Positions 12,362 to 24,197 of a stretch of DNA of 64,000 bases are shown one piece after another; the first letter of the stretch is position 1, and every line of letters starts with the position of its first letter. This DNA comes from Phoronis australis (lineage: Eukaryota > Animalia > Phoronida), in NCBI GenBank assembly GCA_002633005.1, contig NMRA01000022.1, positions 493,715 to 557,714 on the forward strand. The letters run 5' to 3'. The notes beneath the pieces were generated by a model. That model ran no database searches. It was not told where the DNA came from and saw only the letters and a list, made by a program, of their open reading frames with translations. The position numbers and the translations under genes are program-made.

Positions 12362-14057
12362 TAATTTCTAACAAGCTTGGTTTCTAATTGTAAAAATCGT
12401 CCAAGAATTTGTTGACACATAAACAAGTAAATCAGAAAACAATGAATCACTGCAGGCTGCCGGACGAAAACAACCATGACATAAAGTAGTAGGCCGTCAC
12501 ATGTCAACATAACTTAAAAACCAGACATACTGCGCATTTTGGGTTAATTGCAGTTACGAGACTTTTTTCAAATCATTAGTTCACTGTATTAAATTTCTAG
12601 GCAATTCACGATGGCATGCGTGCAGGACTGACAACCGGGAGAAGGGGCATCCCACGGGAGGTTTGGTGACCCTCCTCAGAATTTGTTGGTATTCACCTAG
12701 ATTCGACAGTAGGTCTTTGCAGTGGTAAGTTGCCTGCTACGGTTCATGAGTGAAAGTTCCACTCCAAATCTAAAAATCGCAGAAAATTCTTTATTTACAA
12801 TTGCCAAAACATGTACTCCCGGCTTTGAGCGGAATAATGTCTCGTTGGATATTACTGCTGTGCGTGAACTTGGAATCCTCTCAAGATAGGGTATGCGTGA
12901 ACTTGGAATTGAACATATATTTGGGCAATCAGGTGTAAAATTTTTGTTCAGTGTAAAGAATTTTTGTAATTATTGGCCTGATAAACACTCACTTTCTCCT
13001 TTACCGTAACTTGTGTCGAAGAATCGGAGGAATTTGTGATTGGTTAAAACAATTATTGTCTGGTGAATAAGATCACCAATAGCTGAAAAAAATAGATGAA
13101 TTTTACGTTATTTAATTTGGTTTAGTGCAGTGCAAATTTTTATCCACGTTATTTGAGTAAACTTGTCAAGTTTCCTCATGTATTCCAAGCTCACGCAACA
13201 CTCACTTCATGTACGCCACCCTCTGTACGTATTGTGTATATGCCATCGGCAAAAAAAACGAGGGAAAGTGTTTGCTAATCTTCAGCAGAAAACAGTTGTC
13301 TATGATATGGCCGTATACCCGTATTTTCTGTGTGTATACCTCCTGTCAGCGACTACTACTATGCCAAGACGGTAAAAATCAAACAATAAAGAGTGAGTAA
13401 AACCAAACTTTCCGGACCCGTATGCTTGAAACATCATTGCTGTAACCATTCACGAGGCCTCAGTCTCATTTTGGTTATCTTGCTGTCTAACATTTTCCAT
13501 AAACTTTGGAAATAACAACTATGGAAAATGGTACCAGTAAGGTAACACTTATCACGTGCACTCCATTTGGGCCCAATGTGACAGGATGCCGCCAAGAATA
13601 GAATAGTACACTGATCCAAAAAAAACATGAGACAGGCCCTACCGAAAATTTCGGCAAATATGCCCGAACGTGGGCGCATGAGCCTATATTATGGATTGTT
13701 TTCGATTATAGAACCATGTGCCCGTAACTTTCGGGCGCCCATGACAATTAAAGGTTTTCCCACAAAAAGGAACAGTTCGCGAGTGTAGAACAGAAGGCGA
13801 GGAACAGGAATCGGGGGGGGGGGGGCCNGCATGCGCGCATTTATAATAAGTGAAAGGAAGATAGGCAGGTATAGGTGGTTACCATACAAGCTTTTCTTCG
13901 TACTTCTTTCAAAAACCATGAATTGGGTCATTTTTTCTGGAAATTCCTTCTCAAGGGGAAGTGAATAACTTTTTAGTAAAGGTTGACGGAAGGTACTTTG
14001 GTTAGGGATCGTTTAAAACGTATTTTTCACGAGTTTTCGCGGTCCATGCCACTTTAA

Positions 14058-14232
14058 ATTTGTCTCGATACCTTTTCAAATAAGAGATCTTAAGTTTTAA
14101 TTAAGTTTTTGATAAAAGCTCTATCTTAATTTTAACTATCTTACCAGATGTGGAAGCTTCAAAGTATGTAAGTTAAGACAAATCTTAGACTTAAGTAAAA
14201 AATGAACTTAAGTCAGCTTCTTGGAACGGGCC
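14058..14232 (-). mobile_element. Truncated copy of the Harbinger-like MITE at 26275-26522
   Basis: Reverse-complement match to ~26275-26450 including the TIR ...aagtcagcttcttggaacgggccc. It breaks off at the TTAA at 14054-14057. Confidence 0.85.
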
Positions 14233-14499
14233 CCTGCGCTTTGTGCCAGTAAGCTTTGATTTTGGTCCGACTTGCAGTTATAAAATTGTTCTTCCCCAAG
14301 TTTCTTGGCAGTTTAGTATAGTGATATCTGACTACTTCTTCCTTTATTTTATTAGAACTGTTATTCATTGTGTTACCAAACGTTTCCACGAAAGAAACTT
14401 GACATCCTGGTAACGCGGTAGTGTTACTTTCACACTAAATGATAGACGTTGCAAAATCACAAGCACTGCTTCCCCCTGCAAATTGCGCTCTGCAGAAGG

Positions 14500-14624
14500 T
14501 GGATTCGTCCAACATGGAATGTCAAAGGAGATCGACAACAGCCTGAGCGCCGTTCGACGTTGCAGTCGTCTGCTCCATATCTGCTGACCAACAACAATCC
14601 TGCCTTTCGACCGCTAGATCTTGC
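14500..14624 (+). promoter_or_regulatory. Candidate non-coding first exon / promoter region of the methyltransferase gene
   Basis: Locally CpG-richer segment ending in a consensus donor TTGC|GTGAGT (14625-14630). The first coding exon has an acceptor (30491) before its ATG, so an upstream exon must exist. Linking it to this segment is inference. Confidence 0.35.
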
Positions 14625-17249
14625 GTGAGTATGTTCGCTGATTTGTATGGGCTCAGACTATGTAGGTTACTGACTGTAGGCCCTACGTGCTTTCAGGCAT
14701 TTCATGTCACTATGATTAACATACACAGGCTACAAAGTCACACCATAGATTATAGACGTAGCCTATTGCGTAACAGTGACAGAGCGCGACACACATGACA
14801 ACTAATTGTAAATTATAGGATCTTTCTCCCTGGTCATGATTACTCTATACGCGAACCCTACTGGTGTTGAGTGAGTATCTATGACTACGCCATGGACATG
14901 GTGTAACTAGGCAGCGATTACCGACACCAGTAGGAAACGTGCAAGCCTATGCTAGTTGTGTGTTGTGTGCAGTCGCATCTTATTTTAGCTGTCTTGACCA
15001 TTGCTAATGAATCATCAGAACTTCAATATGATACAAATGGGCTCCTCCAATCAATGTTAAGTCTCCTGCAGCATGACAGATTATGCAATATATAGCCAGA
15101 GTGAGCAGCTACACCAGACAATCAAAGCTTTCTAAAAATTACTCTTTGTCTTAGACATTTCCCTTAAGAGGTTACAAAAAAGTTGACATAACCTAACAGG
15201 GAAGCACTAGGTCAGTAGATCATGGTCACAGACTGCCTGGAGTAGTTACTGAGTCTTAACAGCAGGGACTAAAAGGAAACAGTGAGGTCACATCAACTCA
15301 CTATTGGTTTTTATACTTTGACTTCAAAATTGATACGATTACATAAGCGCAATGCAGGTTTGGTCCAGACTGTTTTGCTCATCGTCCTTAATTATCTCCC
15401 CAGTCAATGGTAGGTTATGGTGCTGACCTAAAACATGTCCTGTCTGGGAACTAGGGCACTAGTCAGGACTATCTCTAATGCCAAAGCAGGTTATCACTAA
15501 GAGCAGGCTGGTACAGACTGATCCTGCATGTCAATTTCAAAAGGGCTATTGTGTGTGACGGACGTCCATCATATACAACCATCTGCAAAATTCTAAGCCA
15601 ATATTCTGACTACTCACTCCTTCCAAACCCAAAATGCAAAATCAATCCCCCTGTCATAACTTTTGAATAATTACAATATGACTACTGCCTTGTCAAAAGA
15701 GTTGTGAGTTTTTGTTTTTGGAGAAATAAATAACTAAAAAGTAGGCCCACCACTTCAAAGGAAGCACAAACCATTTCTACCTTTCAATAAAATTATCAAC
15801 CACGCACTTTGACCTCTAGTTTTCATTGAATTGATATTCTGTAAATGACTCAGTTTTCTAAAGGTTGAATATTGCTAACACATGCTTCTTAACTGAGTTT
15901 TACAGGTGAAGGATAATTTATTGTGCATCACTGACAGCGTTCTAATCTTTTATCTCTACATTGACACTCATTTTGCAACAGTAAAACTCTTGTTGGCTAC
16001 CTTACTTTGATAGAGAACAATAACCAGCCACTGTGAGAGTGTGAAGTGTGCCTTAACAATACACAACACTATGAGTAACTACTAGTGTTGCAGGGATAGG
16101 ATGAGGTGTCACCCACAATGTTGCTAAAGAAAAGGCTCGAATGGAAATTGATTCCAAGGCAGAGCAATCAATTCAGTGATCTGTCTAAAAAATTAATAAT
16201 TACATAAATTAGATGGCATTTCCTCAGTCGCCCACAAATTTTCGTCTGTTATTTTTTTTAAAAGTCTCATAACCATAGCGAAGTCTCCTCAGCCGCAAGA
16301 AAATCCTTGTGTGATAATATTGTGCAGCGTCACCTGTTGTTTCCTGGGAAAATAAAACATAATTTTGATACAGTGTCATTCTCAAAATGTCTTCTGATAA
16401 TTTCCTGGTTGTATCTGTCTATGATAGCGAACGTTCTTACCAGAACTGAGCAATTTAGAATCGAGCATCGAATTGGAAAGGTTTCAACCAAGGAGTTTAC
16501 TTTAGTAGGAGTGTTAATTGATGAGTTTCCTGTGACGGCTACTACTAGATCTGCCAAGTAACGGTCAAGTATGTAGGTTGGCAACAATGGGAAAGGGCGC
16601 CTAATTCGTTTTATACAACTTTAATAATTTTTGTAAAAATGGAGAAAGTTCTATTTTTGATAGCCTCTCATCCAAAACTGAAACACTTTAAAGACAATTC
16701 CTTATATAGTGGTTTGGCAAGTGATTCATAAAGCATGGAATCTGTAAGTTTTACAGGAATTCAATGAACCATTTCTGAGATATGGTTTTCCATGGACATT
16801 TTGACATAACCTTAAATATTGTGTTAGATTACTTTGAGTCCATTGACTCATTCCATTACTTCTATAGTCCGTGGTATTCTAAACTGTGTTATAATCAGTA
16901 ATTGAAACTATTTATGAAAGTGTGACCTTTTTGTTCTTTTTGTCTTGTATTAGTTAATCTCAATAAAGAAGGTGGGAGGGAGGGAGGGAAAGAAATGCTT
17001 TTAGTTATTAGGTATATTTTTAATAATGCTATGGTTAATGAGCTGAAAAATAATTACGACCATCTAAAGGTTTCCGACCCGTGTCAAGAAGGCCCCCCTT
17101 TACAAGAATAAGCAAATTAAACTATAGCTTTGGAGAAGTATGTTTCTAGATTCTATTACCAGTGCATACGAAGCAGTTGGATGTATGACAAATTGGATCA
17201 TAATTGTTTATTATGAAATTGGTTAAAAACCTGGAGGATACTTGCAGGC

Positions 17250-17530
17250 AGTGCCAAGAGCAGGGATTGGCATTGCAAATCTGATGCAGGCTCTTGCATT
17301 GTGTTGGATTTGGGAATTAAAATTTTAGGTTGCATTACTTGAAGGCTGGAAGAATACTGATTCAAGTGTATGTCTAGTTGCTTTATATGGGATCAGTCTG
17401 ATGAAGAAATTAGTGATGTAAAAGTAATTAGGTTGATGATTTGTGAGGAATTTGTAGTAGAAATTTTCAGTTGAGATTTCAGAGATGTCTTGGAGTTGAG
17501 GGAGGCGGAGTTCCTTACATGTGAGCATTA
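17250..17530 (-). mobile_element. Decayed CR1-like LINE ORF2 C-terminal fragment
   Basis: CKELRLPQLQDISEISTENFYYKFLTNHQPNYF resembles the CR1 ORF2 tail (K.L..L...D......KFYYK......P.YF). Degenerate. Confidence 0.5.
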
Positions 17531-18082
17531 AAACAGGAATTAAATAAATTTCATAAATCAAAAGATTCTTTTTTGTGCTGTCTTCAGTTTCTGTGTAATA
17601 CGACTGCAGATTACGGTAAATGCGGGAGGACAAGTTGTTGAGAAAATAAGTTTCAGGTTACAGTGCGTAAGAATATTTTGAAACGAATGTTAGGGTGATT
17701 GGAATGGAACTTCTTTATTGTTTTTGAAGAAATAAAGATAGAACAGTTTTCTGAAGTCTGACCAATGAAACCACAGTATACAAGAGATAATATTTATCAA
17801 AGAATTGCTAACAATAAAATAACACAAGGCTGACTAATCACTGAAGGCTATTTTTTATTTCTTTACTATTTTTATGCTTACTTTGAAACAGTAATTTCGT
17901 GACAAAATAAAGCTTATTTTGCTTCAGAAAAACACGGCGGACCCTGCCGAGGTAAAAATTGACCGTCGGACGATTATTGTCCGATGGTTGGAGTTAGCTA
18001 ATGCGAACACAATAGCCCATAGAATTCAGTTCAGCTGCTTGGTCTGCTTGGTCACAAACGTAATCCTTTAAAGGTATGCATA

Positions 18083-19785
18083 TTTACTTGGCGAAATAAA
18101 TTTCGCCAAATATGTTGCTCTTCCACTAAGTTTGTTACTTGGCGAAATAAATTTCGCCAAGTATGTTGCTCTTCCATTAAGTTTGTTTTTACTTGGCGGA
18201 ATTCTTCGAATTCCGTCAAGTATGTTGCTCTGACAGCAAATTTTTTTTTTTTTTTTTTGTTCGCACTCTACAGGTCGCAATTCTGGTCCGATTTTCACGA
18301 AATTTGCACACAACATGTAGATCGGGAATCACTGGAACGCTATTGTTTTTGGTCATGATCGGATACAAAATGGCGGACGTGGCGGCCATTTTGTATCCGA
18401 TTTCACAGTCAAATACTCGTAGAGGCCGCATTTTTCGGCCTACATGGCTGAAAATCGGTACGAATATACTGGAACGCATGTGCTACAATTGTGCAGAAAA
18501 TCGTTGACTTCCGGTTAAAGATGGCGGAAATATTGGACGTGGCGCATGCGCACCCGAAATAGGGCTAAAAACGTTTTCTCCTGTAGAGGGCGCAATTACA
18601 AACCAATCACTTTCAAACTGGTCACGTGTTTGTTGAGTTTAATAAGCTTTTATAAAAAATTGTTGAACTGGAAGTCACCTTCAAGATGGCGGCTGTGGGG
18701 CATGTTCACACGGTTTCAATCGCTCTGCTGTCGCATTTTTTATGGGAAGAGCAAATGACGTGAATTTTTGCATGTGGATTCCTTGAAGTATGGCCTTTCA
18801 AAAAGTCTNNNNNNNNNNNNNNNNNNNNNNNNNNNNNNNNNNNNNNNNNNNNNNNNNNNNNNNNNNNNNNNNNNNNNNNNNNNNNNNNNNNNNNNNNNNN
18901 NNNNNNNNNNNNNNNNNNNNNNNNNNNNNNNNNNNNNNNNNNNNNNNNNNNNNNNNNNNNNNNNNNNNNNNNNNNNNNNNNNNNNNNNNNNNNNNNNNNN
19001 NNNNNNNNNNNNNNNNNNNNNNNNNNNNNNNNNNNNNNNNNNNNNNNNNNNNNNNNNNNNNNNNNNNNNNNNNNNNNNNNNNNNNNNNNNNNNNNNNNNN
19101 NNNNNNNNNNNNNNNNNNNNNNNNNNNNNNNNNNNNNNNNNNNNNNNNNNNNNNNNNNNNNNNNNNNNNNNNNNNNNNNNNNNNNNNNNNNNNNNNNNNN
19201 NNNNNNNNNNNNNNNNNNNNNNNNNNNNNNNNNNNNNNNNNNNNNNNNNNNNNNNNNNNNNNNNNNNNNNNNNNNNNNNNNNNNNNNNNNNNNNNNNNNN
19301 NNNNNNNNNNNNNNNNNNNNNNNNNNNNNNNNNNNNNNNNNNNNNNNNNNNNNNNNNNNNNNNNNNNNNNAGATTTTCTGATAACGCTGTTCCTTTGTTG
19401 AGCGCTCTTGCTGCATTGATGTTGGTTTATCTTCTATTGAACTAGACTGTAGCCTATTTCTTATTGATTTATGACATCTAAGTTCGTCATATGAATGTTG
19501 TGATGTTGTTCATCATCGCCACCACCATCATCATATTCGTCATCATTGTCATCATCTTCGTCATCATCTCCGTCGTTGTCTTTTCCGTTAATTTCGCCAA
19601 GTGTCGCTCAAGACTGTAGCCTTTTTCTTACTGATTTTGGACTTCTACATTCGTCATGTGTATGTTATTATTACTTCTTTTGTTCATCCTCGCCACCATT
19701 GTCGTCATATTCATCATCTTCGTCATCATCTTTATTGTCATCTTTTTGGTTAATTTCGCCAAGTTTCGCTCCTCAGAGCGCTTTC
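18083..19785 (+). mobile_element. Modular Helentron/HINE-like non-autonomous element, family A (copy 1, spans the N gap)
   Basis: Three tandem terminal hairpins (tacttggcgaaataaatttcgccaa.ta), a T tract, a core with AAGATGGCGG motifs and CAT-rich low-complexity modules. Inverted match to 23250-23870 and 25540-26150. The superfamily is inferred from structure only. Confidence 0.6.
18809..19370. other. Assembly gap (562 N)
   Basis: Run of n characters. Confidence 1.
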
Positions 19786-21267
19786 ATTTTTGTATTATCA
19801 CAATGGTAACGGTCTGTTTCTGCCTCCAATAATAAGTATTTTGTTGTTGTCACTGTTTACATATGCGCTGATTTTAAAGTTCGTACTGATGTTTTGGCCA
19901 AAAACAAATGTGATTAAAGGTATCCATAATTTTTTTTCTATTATCACAGTGGTACTGGTCTGTTTCTACCTCCAATAATACAAAAATAAGTATTTTGTTG
20001 ATCATATTTTTGTTAACCTGGAAGCTCACGACCGAAATGCGTATATTACCATTGTAAGATAGAAGTTGTGGGTATTTATACATTTTGATATGCAGCACTT
20101 ATAGATGTTGTTTATTTATTAACAGGTCTCACTTTGTCACTAAATTCTCAATATTATTTTTTGATAAACTAGACTATTGTACAGCCATGTTTATTTTCTC
20201 AGGCAATGAAGTTGTTTCCTTTTGTCTATGATGTATTTGTATGTATGTTTCAAAATAAGAACTGTGTGATATCTTGCTTATCATTTTATTTCATCTAAAA
20301 TAATTGCAGTATAAATACATCCAACCTATTGGGATGTGTCATTTTGACAAAATTCGTTCTCAGCCAATGTAACTACCATATAAGAGGTTTCTGATTGCCC
20401 TACATATGAAAATCCAGGTCAAAGGGAAGGTTACAAGTAACTGAATTGTGTTGGAGAACTTTATGATGACTTCTTAAATAAGGCAGAACAGCCAGCTGGC
20501 TCTCTATTGTGTTGACAAGGAATGATGTAATTGAAACTTGGGGCTTCAGTTAACAAATCTAATGGGGTTTTGCTTGAATTTTCACCATGACTAGGTCCCT
20601 CATGAATGTCTGTGGTTATGTGTCTTATGTTGGTGAGATTTCACTGTACTAACTTTATGATGCATTTATTGAACAACAGGAAAAGTTGTACTGTTTCATA
20701 ATTAATTACTTTGCAATATTGGGTATTTCATAATTGTCGCCTCTCCCTGTTGGAAAGTCTAGTGGTGATTTTTGTGAATGACTGACCAATAAGCACTCCA
20801 CTGATTAAGTGCAATTTAAGCTTGGCTGATGGTACAATTCCGACCAACCTTCCTGCCGATGATTATTTCATTATGGTGGTTTGTTACCTACAGGTATATG
20901 TCAATCATCAGGAAGTCATCAACCACTGCTAGGCTATGTTCAGGTTAGCTTGGCAGTGTAATAGGTTTGGCTGCTGGTATGTATTTTCTGTTATGTTTTT
21001 GATTATTTGTGTCTGTTGGCCACAGTTTTACGACAGGCGCTCAATACAGAGCAATGTAGACCCATTTATTTGTAAAGTGTATAGTGCTTTTGAATTTGTC
21101 CACCAGGCTTTGTAGCGAAGTAGTCCAGATGATTGATAGGACTCTGACTAAGCTCCTGGGCCATGTCAAAAAACAACACAATGTCTACGTTTTCAGAATC
21201 GTTACCAGCATCAACATTCAGTTAGAGTTGGCGTATTTGAAAATTCTAGTTAACATATTAGTTTATA

Positions 21268-21774
21268 AGCCCATTCATACTCATGTCGAAGTGTGGATGC
21301 TGTCAATATGAACAGTTAACTTCAGTCAGATCTTGGATCGAAGCTGATGTCACCACAGTAAACAGGTGGATTTAACAGCGGAGTGTCGACGCTGCGGTGC
21401 GGCATGAACTGTCAACTTCGGTCCCATCAAAGTTATCGCTAAAGGCCACTGTTATCGTCAACAAACAACTAAGGGGTGGTGTCGTTGCTAATAGTTGGAT
21501 ATATTTTGCCCGAATAATAACCAATAGAAATAGAAATAGAAATAAGTTTTGTGTCAATTAGCTCATGTAAGTGTTCTCAAATTGTCACATGAAAAACATC
21601 TTAGCGTGCCTTCGATGTATCAGCGCTACCTTGCGATTACTTTGATGACAACAGCGTCATCTACCGTTTAGTTCAATGTCCGTTAACTACCCAAGCTGGT
21701 ATGAAAAGTTCAGTTAACTTCACAGTTTATGTCGACAATCTGCTCAGACCGGAGTAAGTCAGTATGAATGGGCC
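21268..21774. mobile_element. PIF/Harbinger-like MITE (~507 bp)
   Basis: TIRs (a)GCCCATTCATACT at 21268-21281 and AGTATGAATGGGCC at 21761-21774. The target duplication is imperfect. Confidence 0.7.
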
Positions 21775-22406
21775 ATGTAAGAAGTGTAACCTATCTCTTT
21801 TGACATGGTATTCTTTGGTGGTCGTAGTAAGTGTGATTTGTCTTACACACTTACAATGAAAATGAAGAAATGAAATAGCTCATAATTGCTGATTCAACCT
21901 GTTGTTGTATTTTGTTGATGTGATAACTTTTTACTACTTTTGTTTACTGCACTAATAACACAAGAGTGTGTTTGATAAGTCTCATATAACTATATAGATG
22001 ATGAGATATCAAGGGCTGTTCTAATGCTGTCACAGATAAGAGAAACACCCTGCAGAACTGTGTTCAGAGGACGTATAAGGTTATATGTTCTCCCATTTTG
22101 CTTTTCGCAAAAAAAATCCATTAAAACATCAGGGCTTACTGTGGGAAATCCTGGACACGTTTTTTGAGGATTTTTATAAAAGTTTTTTATTTCAGAAAAT
22201 TTGGTGAATGCTAGTGACATGACTTTTTCCCTATCAATGTACCTTTCAAGAACAATTTTTTGTCAAAATGCAGGGTCACATGACCACAAGAATAGTACAG
22301 TGTTGTGAATGACATGATTACATTTACAAGTGTCAATTAATTCCTAGTTCCAGAAAACACTGTATGAATAAACAGTCTCTAGTTACTTTGATATTTCAAA
22401 AAGAAG

Positions 22407-23874
22407 AAACGAGAGCGCTCGGAGAAGCGACACTTGGCGGAATTAATCGAAAAGACGACGAACACGTTATCATTCATGTGACTAGCGAAGAAATCAAATA
22501 GAGAGCATACAATCAACTACATTAAAGAATGAAAGCCCGTTCCAAACTCTATCTAAAGTGGTAGTTTGGCAAACATGATAACATTCATGTGACTAGCCAA
22601 GAAATCAAATAGAGAGCATACAATCAATTACAATAAAGAACCATAGATGGCGCAACATGACGGTCCAGTCTGCAGTAGGACAGTGCTGGCTGGGTCAGTC
22701 TGGGTCAACTAGGCATAATCAAAATGAAGTGAACTGAAAGCCAGCCAGCTGCGTCCTATAATAGGTGACCGAAGGAACAACGGCATTCGAAAATCTCGAA
22801 TAATTCAAAAGTAGACGTTGTAGCGCAAAATGGAAAATATCGTCTGAAAACCCGTCCACAACTCTATGTACTTTGATAGAGCATACAATCAACTACAATA
22901 AAGAACAATAGATGGCGCAACATTACGGACGAGGCATGCTTTGCAGTAGGACAGTGCTGGCTGGGTCAGTCTGGGTCAACTAGGCATAACCAAAACAAAG
23001 TGAGCTGAAAGCCAGCCAGCTGCGTGTGACCGAAGGAACAACGGTAACCGAAAATCTCGAATAATTCAAAAAAGAGACGTCGTAGCGCGAAATGGAAAGT
23101 ATCTCCTGAAAGCCCGTTGAAAACTCTAATCTAAAGTGTTAGTTTGACAAAAATCCAAAAAATTTTCGAGAAAATTGAAAATTTGCCATTTTTTTTTTGA
23201 AATTCAAAGTCAAATAACTCGAAAACGGTAAGTCTGAGAAATACGCTCTCGCAGACTTTTTGAAAGGCCATACTTCAAGGAATCCACATGCAAAAATTCA
23301 CGTCATTTGCTCTTCCCATAAAAAATGCGACACCAGAGCGATTGAAACCGTGTGAACATGCCCCACAGCCGCCATCTTGAAAGTGACTTCCGGTTCAATA
23401 ATTTTTTATAAAAGCTTATTAAACTCAACAAACACGTGACCAGTTTGAAAGTGATTGGTTTGCAAATGCGCCCTCTACAGGAGAAAACGTTTTTAGCCAT
23501 ATTTCGGGGTGCGCATGCGCCACGTCCAATATTTCCGCCATCTTTAACCGGAAGTCAACGAGTTTCTGCACAGTTGTAGCACATGCGTTCTAGTATATTC
23601 GTACCGATTTTCAGCCATGTAGGTCGAAAAATGCGGCCTCTACGAGTATTTGACTGTGAAATCGGATACAAAATGGCCGCCACGTCCGCCATTTTGTATC
23701 CGATCATGACCAAAAACAATAGCGTTTTAGGGTTTCCCGATCTACATGTTGTGTGCAAATTTCGTGTAAATCGGACCAGAATTGCCACCTGTAGAGAGCG
23801 AACAAACAAAAAAACAAAAAAAAAACTTGCTCTCAGAGCAACATACTTGGCGGAATTCTTCCGCCAAGTAAAAA
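22407..23874 (-). mobile_element. Family A modular element, copy 2
   Basis: Near-identical to 24700-26100. Ends in the hairpin tacttggcggaattcttccgccaagta plus an A tract. Confidence 0.75.
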
Positions 23875-24197
23875 TTAGGAGTTACTCGTAACCAAGCGCA
23901 AGTTGTTCCAGTTGCAGCGTGCATGAGTTTAAGTGAGCATGTGGACAAAAGTTAAACTAGTGCAACTTGACACGGTTGTGACAACTTACGCCACCTCTTG
24001 GAGATAGTGCAACTTGCCCTTGATCAACTTGCCCTGTTTCAAGTGCTTGTGTAGATAGCAACCTGCATTGCACAAGTAATTATGCACTACACACATACAC
24101 TATTGCATTTATCTGACTGATGAATCACTGCTTTTCAAGCCGTTGATAAACCTTACTCTGAATTTCTTTTCTCTTTCGTTTTCGTTACTAACAATAA

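Noticed and set aside
16280-16800. Possible decayed transposase or DNA-transposon interior
   Set aside because: Only vague motif resemblance and no termini identified.
18083-18235. Regularly spaced palindromic repeats resembling a CRISPR array (also 27563-27781)
   Set aside because: Eukaryotic context, the spacers are similar to each other rather than unique, and there are no cas genes. These are TE terminal hairpins.
18706-19445. ORFs of 203-236 aa in the ORF track
   Set aside because: They are translations of the N gap.
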